DNA of 32,436 nt from FCB group bacterium (GCA_034004565.1 JAVEWL010000001.1:1-32436), one strand, 5' to 3'. Positions 8,294-17,138 are shown, counted from the first letter of the stretch. A program made the numbers and translations. The notes: generated by a model not told the origin, from the sequence alone.

Positions 8294-9964
8294 TCACTTC
8301 CGCTTCTGAAGTTCCGCGGGCACCCACCACTCTCGCGCATCGAGGCCCAACGGATAGGCCTGGACGTTGCGGAAGCGCTTATCGATGGCGGCCCGCGCCT
8401 TCGTGCAGAACAGGAAGGTGTAGGGCTGCTCCTCGTCGATGATGACGCTCAGGCGGTGGTACATCTCGGCACGCTTTGCCGGGTCGAATTCGCGGCGGGC
8501 GTCTTCGATGATCTTGTCCGCTTCGGCGTTCTTGAAGCCGGGATAGTTCGAGCCTTCGTCGGACTGGCTGGAATGCCATATCTGGTAGGGATCTTGCTCG
8601 GGGTCGAGTTGCCAGCCCAGCATGCACGCGTCGAACTTGCGCTTCTGAATGCTGTCGATGAACGTGGCCCACTCGAGCGGGCGGATGGACATTTCGATGC
8701 CCGCCTTCTTAAGTTCCTCCTGGAACACCGTCGCGAGTTGCTCCGCGTCCGGCGAGTTCGCCACGAGCAGGAACTCGAAGCGTAGCGGTATGCCGTCCTT
8801 GTCGCGCACGCCGTCGCCGTTGGTGTCCTTCCAGCCGGCGTCGTCCAGCAGGCGCTTGGCATCCGCCGGGCTGAAGGGCAGCGGCTTCAGGTCCTTGTTG
8901 TACTCGTTGGATTCGATGAAGAAGCTGTTCGAGACCACCACGCCCATGCCGTAGAAGATCTTGTCGAGGATGAGCTCACGGTTAAGGAGCATGGTGAGGG
9001 CGCGGCGCACGCGCTTGTCGGAAAGCTGCGGCTGCCGCGTGTTCCAGCCGATGTAGCTGTGGAACGGCGTGTAGTACGCGAGCTTGTCGAACTGGGCCTC
9101 GAACTCCGGACGCTTCGCCCGGCGGTCCCACTGCTCGGCGGTCAGGCCCATCGTGTCGAGATCGCCACGCTCCAGCACCTGCAGGGCGGCGTTGTCGTCC
9201 GTGATGATCTTGTACACGCGCTTCAGGATGTGGGGCTTCTTGCCCCAGTAGTTTTCGTTGCGCGAGAGCACGATCTGCCGGTTCGTATCCCACGAATCCA
9301 TCACGTAAGGGCCGCTGCCGATCGGCTTGCGGTTGTTCGGATGCGTGTTGAAGTCGCCGGTCTCGAAGATGTGCTTCGGGACGATCTTCAGGTCTTCACC
9401 CAGGGTGATGAGCATCTTGAAGTACGGTTCCTTGCACACGAACCGCACCGTCAAGGGATCCACCACCTCGCAGCGATCGACCGTCAGGAAATAGTTGCGG
9501 AGATCCGCGGCGTCCACGGCGGGATCCATGAGCTTGTCGAAGGAAAACTTCACGTCCTCGGCGGTCAGGGGCGCCCCGTCGCTGAATTTGATGCCGTCGC
9601 GCAATTTGAACGTGTAGGTCAGGTGATCCGGGGAAATCTCGTGCGATTCCGCCAGACCGGGACCCAGTTGCAGCGTCGCGTTGTCGCGCTCCAGCAGGGA
9701 TTCGTAGATCAGCGTGTAGATGGCGCGGCCGTAAGCGTCGTTGCTGACCAGCGGGTTCAGGTGGGCCATCTCGAGCGGCAGGCGCGACACCACCCAATCG
9801 CCGTCGACGGGCGTGCCCGGGATGGTCGCGGTGATCCGGTTTTTCGTAACGCCGTCGTCCGAGCCGGCCTTCTTGCCGCCGCCGCCGGGACCGCAACCCG
9901 TCGCCAAGAGACCCAATACCGCCACCAATCCGATGCCCGCTATACGAAACGCGCTTCGTTTCAT
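8294..9964 (-). CDS. ABC transporter substrate-binding lipoprotein, family 5 (OppA/DppA-like)
   Basis: Signal peptide with lipobox LLATGC. The 556-aa length and sequence are typical of peptide/nickel family-5 binding proteins. It is the first gene of the operon. Confidence 0.85.
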   Translation of the reverse strand: MKRSAFRIAGIGLVAVLGLLATGCGPGGGGKKAGSDDGVTKNRITATIPGTPVDGDWVVSRLPLEMAHLNPLVSNDAYGRAIYTLIYESLLERDNATLQLGPGLAESHEISPDHLTYTFKLRDGIKFSDGAPLTAEDVKFSFDKLMDPAVDAADLRNYFLTVDRCEVVDPLTVRFVCKEPYFKMLITLGEDLKIVPKHIFETGDFNTHPNNRKPIGSGPYVMDSWDTNRQIVLSRNENYWGKKPHILKRVYKIITDDNAALQVLERGDLDTMGLTAEQWDRRAKRPEFEAQFDKLAYYTPFHSYIGWNTRQPQLSDKRVRRALTMLLNRELILDKIFYGMGVVVSNSFFIESNEYNKDLKPLPFSPADAKRLLDDAGWKDTNGDGVRDKDGIPLRFEFLLVANSPDAEQLATVFQEELKKAGIEMSIRPLEWATFIDSIQKRKFDACMLGWQLDPEQDPYQIWHSSQSDEGSNYPGFKNAEADKIIEDARREFDPAKRAEMYHRLSVIIDEEQPYTFLFCTKARAAIDKRFRNVQAYPLGLDAREWWVPAELQKRK

Positions 9965-10021
9965 GTTCGCTCCCGGTTATTTGTTGCTTGATAGGCTAAC
10001 AGTCTCGTGCGCTATGGCTCC

Positions 10022-10050
10022 ATAGTAGCACATCCTGCGCAACGGGTGAA
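10022..10050 (-). promoter_or_regulatory. Candidate sigma-70 promoter for the opp operon (TTCACC-N17-TACTAT on the minus strand)
   Basis: Motif match by eye about 60 nt upstream of the binding-protein start. No other support. Confidence 0.3.
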
Positions 10051-10081
10051 AAACGGGACTTGACGCATGTCATCCAGTCTT

Positions 10082-10177
10082 CTTGTCATCCCGAGCTCGG
10101 CGAGGGATCTATATTCATGCCGAAGACTCGAGGCTTGGGCGCTATCAGATCCCTCGCTTCGCTCGGGATGACAGAAG
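10082..10177. repeat. MITE-like palindromic element with about 30-nt inverted arms (GTCATCCCGAGC..GCGAGGGATCT / AGATCCCTCGC..GCTCGGGATGAC)
   Basis: Arms at 10082-10110 and 10147-10177 are reverse complements apart from a small indel. It lies between the GNAT stop and the opp promoter region. Confidence 0.8.
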
Positions 10178-10233
10178 GGACGGAAGCATAAGGGCTCTCC
10201 TCGTTCCTCAGTCCTCGTTCTTCGTTCCTCTCT

Positions 10234-10647
10234 TCAGTCTTTCGTTTCCTTGCTCGCGTTGGTATTGCGCAGGATCATGGCGTTGGCGGGGGTCATGCCG
10301 AAGCTCGAGTAGAAGTCCTGGAGCCCCATCCCACAGACCAGCCCGACCAGGTAAAAATCCCTCAGCTTCTTCATCATGCGGGTCGTGAGCTCGCGGCCGA
10401 TGCCCTGATTTCGATATTGCGGCAGCACTTCCACGTAGGGAATATGCGCCGTCAGGACCTTGTCCGTGATGGCGGAGACGAAGCCGATGACGTTTCCATG
10501 GCGATCGTCGATGGCGAGGATCACCGCGTCGCTGTTCTGCAGCATCCTAAGGTGGGTTTCGGCGTCGGGCCTTGTGCTCCAACCGTGGAAGAACCCGCGC
10601 AACCGCTCGGCCGTCACCCCTTCGAGCGACTCCGTATACAGAATCAT
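10234..10647 (-). CDS. GNAT family N-acetyltransferase
   Basis: Acetyl-CoA binding motif QYRNQGIGRELTTRMMKKL. I chose the ATG at 10647 (MILYTESLEG..) rather than the track's 10890, because the 5' extension overlaps the upstream GT2 gene and is Arg/Ala-rich junk. Confidence 0.8.
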   Translation of the reverse strand: MILYTESLEGVTAERLRGFFHGWSTRPDAETHLRMLQNSDAVILAIDDRHGNVIGFVSAITDKVLTAHIPYVEVLPQYRNQGIGRELTTRMMKKLRDFYLVGLVCGMGLQDFYSSFGMTPANAMILRNTNASKETKD

Positions 10648-10670
10648 GGACCAATAATCCTTTATCGGCG

Positions 10671-11438
10671 TTAGCGCTTCAGGTCGCGCGCGAGACACTC
10701 CAGATTCCAAAGTTTGGCATATTTTGTAAACACGGAGAACGCCGCAAGTCCGCAGAGGACCGCTCCGTGGAGCCCCTCGCGAAAGCCCTGCCGCAGGATG
10801 TACATCTTGATGAACCGGGCCAGCGGCCGCAGGGTCAAATCGAAAAGCCCGGCATGCTTGCCCGAATCGAAGAGATCCTGCGCGCCCCACAGCGTAAACC
10901 GCTGGAAGGTGGTGAAATACTCCTCGAAATTGCGGTAGGTGTCGTGGTACATCACCTCGTCGATGCGCCCGGCCGTGCCGTCGACCGCGACCTTCGAGTG
11001 AACCCGCCGGTCCAGGTATTTCCCCTTCTTCGTGCGGAAGAGGCGCAGGTTATAGTCGCGGTCCCAGCCCGCATGGTGAATCAACTTCCCGAAGAAATAC
11101 GAAAGCCGCTTGATGTCATAGCCGTCAAGGCTCGACGGCTCGGCGATAATCCGCTGGATCCGCTTCGCCAGTTCCGGTGACACGTATTCGTCCGCATCCA
11201 GCACCAGGGTCCATTCGGTCTCGATCTGCGGAATGGCCCAATTGCGTTGCGTGGCCGCGTTGACGTATTCGTGGACCACCACGCGGTCCGTGAACCGCCG
11301 CGCGATCTCGTCCGAGCCGTCCGAGGTTTTCGGATCGACCACGCAGAAGATCTCGTCGGCCCAGCCGACGCTTTCGAGGCAACGCTCGATGCGGTCCGCC
11401 GCATTCGGCACGAGCGTTAAGACGGTAACCTTGCTCAA
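10671..11438 (-). CDS. Glycosyltransferase family 2
   Basis: N-terminal GT-A fold signature (VTVLTLVPNAADRIERCLESVGWADEIFCVVDPKTSDGS ... LVLDADE). TTG start as given in the track. Confidence 0.75.
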   Translation of the reverse strand: MSKVTVLTLVPNAADRIERCLESVGWADEIFCVVDPKTSDGSDEIARRFTDRVVVHEYVNAATQRNWAIPQIETEWTLVLDADEYVSPELAKRIQRIIAEPSSLDGYDIKRLSYFFGKLIHHAGWDRDYNLRLFRTKKGKYLDRRVHSKVAVDGTAGRIDEVMYHDTYRNFEEYFTTFQRFTLWGAQDLFDSGKHAGLFDLTLRPLARFIKMYILRQGFREGLHGAVLCGLAAFSVFTKYAKLWNLECLARDLKR

Positions 11439-11468
11439 GAAATCGTTTTCCCAGTGCTCGCGCGCGTT

Positions 11469-11681
11469 CTAGCTTTCGCGAGGCGGATTGCCCGGCCTGC
11501 TGCTGTTGTACAAAGTCCACAATTGTTCAACCGCAGTGGCCAGGCGTCCCATCTGTCGTTCCTGGTTCTCGCCGGCAATTGCCATTTTCTCCACCGCATT
11601 GACAAACCGCACCAACAGCAGCAGCACGAAGATCATCACCGCAACGTTGAATAGGGTGTACAAGACCATCATGAATCCCAT
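11469..11681 (-). CDS. Hypothetical small membrane protein (70 aa, one N-terminal TM)
   Basis: FMMVLYTLFNVAVMIFVLLLLVRF TM segment. Strong GGGAGG SD 10 nt upstream. It sits 30 nt upstream of the GT2 gene on the same strand. Confidence 0.55.
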   Translation of the reverse strand: MGFMMVLYTLFNVAVMIFVLLLLVRFVNAVEKMAIAGENQERQMGRLATAVEQLWTLYNSSRPGNPPRES

Positions 11682-11800
11682 CTACTTTCGACCTCCCGCC
11701 TGCCGCTGTTCAGGACCGACCCCGTGTCCGGCAACAACGCTGTTGCGTGCCGGCCCAAAGTGTATCTTGACTACCCGCCCGGTTCAACGCGCCATGCGGT

Positions 11801-11829
11801 TTGATTCCGTTCCGGCAGGCTTCTAGAAT
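11801..11829 (+). promoter_or_regulatory. Candidate sigma-70 promoter TTGATT-N17-TAGAAT upstream of the deacetylase gene
   Basis: Good match to both hexamers with 17-nt spacing. The -10 ends only 13 nt before ATG 11843, which implies a very short leader or use of the in-frame GTG at 11858. Confidence 0.45.
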
Positions 11830-11842
11830 CCCCAGAGCAACA

Positions 11843-12772
11843 ATGGGGGTACGGCACGTGGCGCGAACGGGTCTGGCATATCGCGAACAAATGAAACTTC
11901 ACCGGGCGGGGATCTCCCATCCGGAGCGTCCGGAGCGGCTGGATACCGTCATGGAGGCTCTCAAGCTCGTGCCGGGACTCGAACCCATCGAGATCGAGGC
12001 CGCCACGACCGAGGACCTGCTGCGCGTCCACGACCAGGCCCACATCGACCGCATCCGCACAACCTGCGCCAGCCACGGCCTCTACCTCGACCCCGACACG
12101 CAGATGGTACCGGAGTCCTGGGAGGCTGCCCTGCTCGCCGCCGGCGCGGGCATATCCGCCTGCCGTGCCATTCTGGACGGCCGGCTCGACAATGCCTTCT
12201 GCGCCGTGCGTCCGCCGGGACACCACGCGGAGCGCAACCGTGCGATGGGTTTCTGCCTGTTCAACAATGTCGCCATCGTCGCGCGCTGGCTGCGCGACCT
12301 GGCGGGCGTGCCCAAGGTGGCCATTCTCGATTGGGACGTTCATCACGGCAACGGCACGCAGCGCACATTTTGGGACGATCCGACGGTCTTCTTCGCCAGC
12401 ATTCACCAGACGCCGCTTTTCCCCGGCACCGGCGAGGCCGACGAGCGCGGAATGCACAACAACATCCTGAACGTGCCGATGGATTGGGGTAGCGGCCCGC
12501 GGGACTGGTTGCTCGCGTTGGAAGAGCAAATCGTGCCGGCCATCGAGCAATTCGAGCCGGATTTTCTGCTGATTTCCTGTGGATTCGACGCGCACCACCT
12601 GGATGCGCTCGCCAACCAGGAACTCCAGGCCGAAACTTACGGCGAGATGACCCGCAAGATCCTGAAGCTCGCGAATGGACGGATCGTGTCCATCCTCGAG
12701 GGTGGCTACAACCTGCAGGCCCTGCGCGGGTCGGTCCTGTGCCACGTGCGCGCGCTGAAGGACGCCGAGTGA
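11843..12772 (+). CDS. Histone deacetylase family (arginase-deacetylase fold) amidohydrolase, AcuC / acetylpolyamine-amidohydrolase-like
   Basis: Motifs RPPGHHAERNRAMGFCLFNNVAI, DWDVHHGNGTQ, SCGFDAHHLD and EGGY. The start is uncertain: ATG 11843, or GTG 11858 preceded by GGGGG. The track's TTG at 11801 overlaps the promoter motif. Confidence 0.85.
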   Translation: MGVRHVARTGLAYREQMKLHRAGISHPERPERLDTVMEALKLVPGLEPIEIEAATTEDLLRVHDQAHIDRIRTTCASHGLYLDPDTQMVPESWEAALLAAGAGISACRAILDGRLDNAFCAVRPPGHHAERNRAMGFCLFNNVAIVARWLRDLAGVPKVAILDWDVHHGNGTQRTFWDDPTVFFASIHQTPLFPGTGEADERGMHNNILNVPMDWGSGPRDWLLALEEQIVPAIEQFEPDFLLISCGFDAHHLDALANQELQAETYGEMTRKILKLANGRIVSILEGGYNLQALRGSVLCHVRALKDAE

Positions 12773-14139
12773 TGGGTGTCGCAAAACGTCTTGACGCGTA
12801 TTTCGGCATCGAGGCCGCCGGTTCAACCCTGCGCCGCGAATTCGTGGGCGGCCTGACCACCTTTGCCACCATGAGCTATATTGTGTTCGTCCAGCCGACC
12901 GTGCTGAGTTCCGTGCCGGGGATGGATTTCGGCTCCGTTCTGCTGGCGACCTGCTTCGCCTCCGCCATTGCGACGTTCATGATGGGCCTGTATGCGCGTT
13001 ATCCCTTCGCGCAGGCGCCGGGCATGGGCGAAAACTTCCTCTTCGCGTTCACCGTCTGCGGCGCGATGGGCTTCACCTTTCCCGCAGGCCTCGCCATCGT
13101 GCTGATCTCCGGCCTGCTGCTCCTGCTGTTGTCCGTGTTCAAGACGCGCGAAAAGATCGTCGCCATCCTTCCCGAATGCCTCAAGAACGCCATCGGGCCC
13201 GCCATCGGCGTGTTCATCGCGTTCGTGGGCCTGCAATGGGGCGGGATCGTTGGACCCAGCGACGCCACGCTCGTCCGCCTCAACGACCTGAGTTCCGGAC
13301 CGCCGCTGCTGACCATCTTCGGATTCTTTTTGATTGTGGCGCTCATGGCGAGGCGCGTGGCCGGCGGCATCCTCATCGGTATTCTGGCGACCTGCGTTGT
13401 CGGCTTGTACACGGAAGTCATTCCCTGGCCGAAGGAGCCGTTCACCTTCTCGACGAATACCTTCTTCCGTCTCGATTTCACCGAGCTCATCACCAAGTGG
13501 CACGACGCGCTCGTCGCCATTGCGCTGTTCTTCTTCCTGCTGTTGTTCGACACCGTCGGCACGCTCATCGGCCTCGGCAAACAGGCCGGGTACATCGGCC
13601 CCAACGAGACCCTGCCCCGCGCCGGCCGCGCCTTCCTGTCCGACGCGACGGGTACCTGCGCCGGCGCCCTCTTCGGCACCTCGACCGTACTAACCTACAT
13701 CGAAAGCGCCACGGGCATCGCCGCCGGCGCACGCACCGGCCTCGCCGCCGTCGTTACCGCCACCTGCTTCCTGTTCGCGCCGCTCCTGGCCCCCATCGTG
13801 CGCATCGTGGGACAGGACATCGGCTGGATTTACTACGGCGTCGATGCCACCGCCCCGCACGTCGCCATGTACCCCGCCGTCGCGCCCGCCCTCATCGCCG
13901 TCGGCTTCATGATGATGTCCCCCCTGCGCCACGTCGACTGGGACGACGTCACCGAGGGCGTCCCCGCCTTCCTCACCGTCGCTATGATGGCCTTCGGCTT
14001 CGCCATCATCGAAGGCATCGCCGCCGGCATTATCTCCTACGCCCTGATCAAACTCATCGCCGGCCGCCCGAAAGAAGTCCACCCCATCCTCTACGCCGTA
14101 GCCGTAGCCTTAGTCTTGCGCTACGCATTCTTAATGTAA
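12772..14139 (+). CDS. NCS2 family nucleobase permease (AzgA/PbuG-type adenine/guanine/hypoxanthine transporter)
   Basis: N-terminus MGVAKRLDAYFGIEAAGSTLRREFVGGLTTFATMSYIVFVQP is typical of the AzgA clade, and the protein has about 12 TM segments. ATG 12772 overlaps the upstream TGA (TGATG). Confidence 0.85.
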   Translation: MGVAKRLDAYFGIEAAGSTLRREFVGGLTTFATMSYIVFVQPTVLSSVPGMDFGSVLLATCFASAIATFMMGLYARYPFAQAPGMGENFLFAFTVCGAMGFTFPAGLAIVLISGLLLLLLSVFKTREKIVAILPECLKNAIGPAIGVFIAFVGLQWGGIVGPSDATLVRLNDLSSGPPLLTIFGFFLIVALMARRVAGGILIGILATCVVGLYTEVIPWPKEPFTFSTNTFFRLDFTELITKWHDALVAIALFFFLLLFDTVGTLIGLGKQAGYIGPNETLPRAGRAFLSDATGTCAGALFGTSTVLTYIESATGIAAGARTGLAAVVTATCFLFAPLLAPIVRIVGQDIGWIYYGVDATAPHVAMYPAVAPALIAVGFMMMSPLRHVDWDDVTEGVPAFLTVAMMAFGFAIIEGIAAGIISYALIKLIAGRPKEVHPILYAVAVALVLRYAFLM

Positions 14140-14230
14140 CCCCGAATTCCCATTCGGGGTGTTGCTCTTTCTTCCGCAGCGCAACTTCTATCCAAAAGCA
14201 AATTCCCCGAATGGGAATTCGGGGTTACAT
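14134..14230. repeat. 97-nt MITE-like element with perfect 26-nt terminal inverted repeats (ATGTAACCCCGAATTCCCATTCGGGG ... CCCCGAATGGGAATTCGGGGTTACAT)
   Basis: Arms 14134-14159 and 14205-14230 are 26/26 complementary, and each arm is itself a small hairpin. The left arm contains the last codon and the TAA stop of the permease. A second copy lies at 28484-28576 in the opposite orientation. Confidence 0.9.
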
Positions 14231-14313
14231 CAGCGCCACCCTTGCATTCGCCGTGCGGTTTCTCGTGTGCTACTCTTTTCCGACAAAGAGGATGACCCTC
14301 GGGGAGAAGACGC

Positions 14314-16977
14314 ATGTCGGCATATGTATTGGCACTGGTATTGGCGGCGGGGTTGCCGTCGTGGACATTTGACGATCCCACAGAGGCAGAAGCTTGGGAA
14401 GCGAACGCGTTCCTCACCGGTGTGGAGGCGAAAGACGGCATCCTCCGCGCCGAGGCAATCGATTGGGATCCGTTCTTCACCATCCGCGGCCTCGAATTCC
14501 CCGCCGCGCCGTGGCAATACATCCGCCTGCGCATCAAGTCCGACAAATCCGGCCAGGGTCAAATCTTCTGGACCGGCGCTACCGAAGGTCCCTACGGCGG
14601 CTTCGACCCCAACAAGACCACACCCTTCAACGTGGTCGGCGACAACGAGTGGCACGACGTTATCGTGCTGCCCTTCTGGCAGACCGAGAAGGTCATCCGC
14701 CAACTTCGCCTCGATGTCTACGACGGCGCGCACTTCGAATTCGACACGATCGCCATCGAAGCCTGGGACGGCGGCGAAAACCCCGACAGCGCAACCTACA
14801 CCTGGCCGCAGGACAGCATTGCCACGTCGTGGAAGGAAGTCCCCGGCACGCAGGACCGTTTCGCGCCGCCGCGGCGCCTGGATGTGAAGGGCAAGGGTTG
14901 GGCGGCGGTGACCGTGCAATCGACGAAGGCCGCCTCCGCGAGCCTCCTCTGGAGCGCCGCCGACGAACCCAATCTCAAGACCCAGGACTTCGAGTTGCGC
15001 GGCGACAATCGCCCGCACACCTACAACCTCGAGATGTCGGGCATCCCCGCGTGGCAAACGCTCGTGGCGCTGGGCCTGCGCCTGCCGTCCGAAGCGACGC
15101 TGCAAGGTGTGACGTTGTCCGACACGCCCTCCGGCCCTCCGGAAATAGACGTCGACTACCTCGGCTTCGAGAACGCCGTGAATCGCGTCGGTCGTGAATG
15201 CACCGTCGTCGCGCAATTGGCGAACCGTGGCGGCGAAAGCGCCGAAGGCCTCAAGGCAACGCTCAACGCCCCCAAAGGCGTGACCCTCCTCGACGACGCG
15301 AAGAAGGATGTGCCGCGCATCGATCTGAGCGACGAGATTCAAATGACGTGGCGCGTGAAGGCCGACACCCCGGGCGTCTATGCCGCGCAACTCGCGCTCG
15401 AAGGCGTCGAAGTCGATATTGCCCCGGCGCAGTTGAACTTCCTTGCCGCCGTCGACGTTCCGAAGGCCGACTACGTTCCCGAGCCCAAGCCCATTGCCAC
15501 CACGGCCGAGGTCTGCGCGTATTACTTCCCCGGCTGGGAAAAAGACGCCAAATGGGACTGCATCCGCGAGGTCGCGCCCATCCGCAAGCCGCTTCTCGGC
15601 TATTACGACGAGTCTAATCCCGAGTGCGTCGACTGGCAGATCAAATGGGCCGTCGAAAACGGCATCTCGTGTTTCCTGGTCGACTGGTATTGGACCGCCG
15701 GTCAGCAGCACCTTACGCACTGGTTTGACGCCTATCGCAAAGCCCGATACCGCGACCAACTCAAGGTCGCCATCATGTGGGCCAACCACAACGCCCCCAA
15801 GACGCACTCCCGCGAAGACTGGCGCAACGTGACGAAGGAATGGATCGACCATTACTTCAACCTGCCCGGCTACTACCGCATCGACGGCAAGCCCGCCGTG
15901 TTCATCTGGGCGCCGGGCAACGTCCGCAACGACCTCGGGGGCTCGGCGGAAGTGAAAGCCGCCTTCGACGAATCCCAGCAGATGGCCAAAGCCGCCGGCT
16001 ACGATGGAATCGTGTTCGCGGCGATGAACGCAATGGGCCCGCCCAGCGACGAGTCGATTCGCATCCTCCACGACGAGGGTTACGTGGGCGTGACGAGCTA
16101 CCACGAATGGGGCGACGCCGGCGACCTCGCGCCCGATCCCAAACATTGGAACTATCAGGATGTCGTCGACACAGTCGTGCCGACCTGGACCGCCTACAAA
16201 ACCACAGCCGCCAACGCCGGTGTGACCTACTACCCCGTCGTCGAGACCGGCTGGGACGCCCGCCCCTGGCATGGCAACAAAATGCAGGTCATCGAAGGCC
16301 GCACCCCCGAGCGCTTCGAAGCGCTGCTGCGCAAGTCCAAAGAATTCATCGGCAGCGAAGGCCGGCCTATCGTCATCCTTAGCCCCGTCAACGAATGGGG
16401 CGAGGGCAGCTACATCGAGCCCGCCGTCGAATACGACTTCGGCATGTACGAAGCCATCCGCAACGTATTCGGTGCCGGCGATCCGGCGTCCTGGCCCCTG
16501 AATCTCTCGCCCGCCGACGTAGGCCGCGGCCCCTACGACTATCCCAAATTGCCGCCGGTGGTCTCGTGGGACTTCAAGAAGGAAGCCCCCGAGTGGCGTC
16601 CCATGATGGAGGTCTCCACGCCCGCGATCGTTGATGGCGCGCTGCGCTTCAAGACGCTCGGCAGCGACCCGGCCTTGACGGTGGTGCTCGACGGCGTTCG
16701 CGCGGCCGAATACCGCGGCATCGAATTCACGATGCAACTGACCGGCACACTACCCGAAAACCCCCGCGGTCAGATCTTCTGGTCGAGCAACGGCGCGAAC
16801 ACGAGCGAGGCGACGAGCATCGGCTTCCCGCTGCAACGGGACGGCCAGCCGCACACCTATACCCTCGATCTCGCCGCGCACCCGCGCTGGCGTGGAAAGA
16901 TCGCATCCTTGCGTTTCGATCCCTGCACCGCCGCAAACGTCGAAGCGACCATCAGCGACTTTCGCCTCACGCGCTAA
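14314..16977 (+). CDS. Secreted GH99-like / WbsX-like glycan-active protein with three copies of an unassigned beta-sandwich-like module and an Ig-like domain
   Basis: The central region YYFPGWEKDAKWDCIREVAPIRKPLLGYYDESNPECVDWQIKWAVENGISCFLVDWYW resembles the GH99-like/WbsX family. There is a hydrophobic N-terminus. Repeated modules carry GQIFW[TS] / LLWS, H-x-Y and LR-x-D motifs at about aa 20-150, 170-275 and 745-887. Confidence 0.7.
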   Translation: MSAYVLALVLAAGLPSWTFDDPTEAEAWEANAFLTGVEAKDGILRAEAIDWDPFFTIRGLEFPAAPWQYIRLRIKSDKSGQGQIFWTGATEGPYGGFDPNKTTPFNVVGDNEWHDVIVLPFWQTEKVIRQLRLDVYDGAHFEFDTIAIEAWDGGENPDSATYTWPQDSIATSWKEVPGTQDRFAPPRRLDVKGKGWAAVTVQSTKAASASLLWSAADEPNLKTQDFELRGDNRPHTYNLEMSGIPAWQTLVALGLRLPSEATLQGVTLSDTPSGPPEIDVDYLGFENAVNRVGRECTVVAQLANRGGESAEGLKATLNAPKGVTLLDDAKKDVPRIDLSDEIQMTWRVKADTPGVYAAQLALEGVEVDIAPAQLNFLAAVDVPKADYVPEPKPIATTAEVCAYYFPGWEKDAKWDCIREVAPIRKPLLGYYDESNPECVDWQIKWAVENGISCFLVDWYWTAGQQHLTHWFDAYRKARYRDQLKVAIMWANHNAPKTHSREDWRNVTKEWIDHYFNLPGYYRIDGKPAVFIWAPGNVRNDLGGSAEVKAAFDESQQMAKAAGYDGIVFAAMNAMGPPSDESIRILHDEGYVGVTSYHEWGDAGDLAPDPKHWNYQDVVDTVVPTWTAYKTTAANAGVTYYPVVETGWDARPWHGNKMQVIEGRTPERFEALLRKSKEFIGSEGRPIVILSPVNEWGEGSYIEPAVEYDFGMYEAIRNVFGAGDPASWPLNLSPADVGRGPYDYPKLPPVVSWDFKKEAPEWRPMMEVSTPAIVDGALRFKTLGSDPALTVVLDGVRAAEYRGIEFTMQLTGTLPENPRGQIFWSSNGANTSEATSIGFPLQRDGQPHTYTLDLAAHPRWRGKIASLRFDPCTAANVEATISDFRLTR

Positions 16978-17051
16978 AGAACATCGAGCCGAGAATGCCC
17001 TGTGGCCACCAAGGACCTCAAAGACAGCAAGGACGAATGCCCCCTCACCCA

Positions 17052-17080
17052 TTGATCGGCCAGGCTCACATGCCTAGAAT
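17052..17080 (+). promoter_or_regulatory. Candidate sigma-70 promoter TTGATC-N17-TAGAAT upstream of the esterase gene
   Basis: Both hexamers and the spacing are close to consensus. It lies 58 nt upstream of ATG 17139. Confidence 0.45.
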
Positions 17081-17138
17081 TGCCGGGGCCGCGCGTGCGG
17101 CGGGGAACCGGCTGTAAACGAATTGGGGGCCTTGCATC

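Noticed and set aside
10648-10890. 5' extensions of track ORFs: GNAT to 10890, pseudouridine synthase to 22623, dehydrogenase from 22685, cysE from 23970, permease from 12739, lipoprotein from 27278, and MKH gene 2 to 30354
   Set aside because: The extensions overlap neighbouring genes or repeats, are compositionally aberrant, and internal starts with Shine-Dalgarno sequences give canonical N-termini.
11771-12826. 351-aa ORF on the minus strand
   Set aside because: It is antisense to the HDAC-family gene, whose catalytic motifs are unambiguous on the plus strand.
14230-16737. 835-aa ORF on the minus strand
   Set aside because: It is antisense to the GH99-like gene. The product is Arg/Gly/Ala/Val/Asp-rich with no motifs, while the plus-strand frame has recognisable domains. 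This is a typical shadow ORF in GC-rich DNA.
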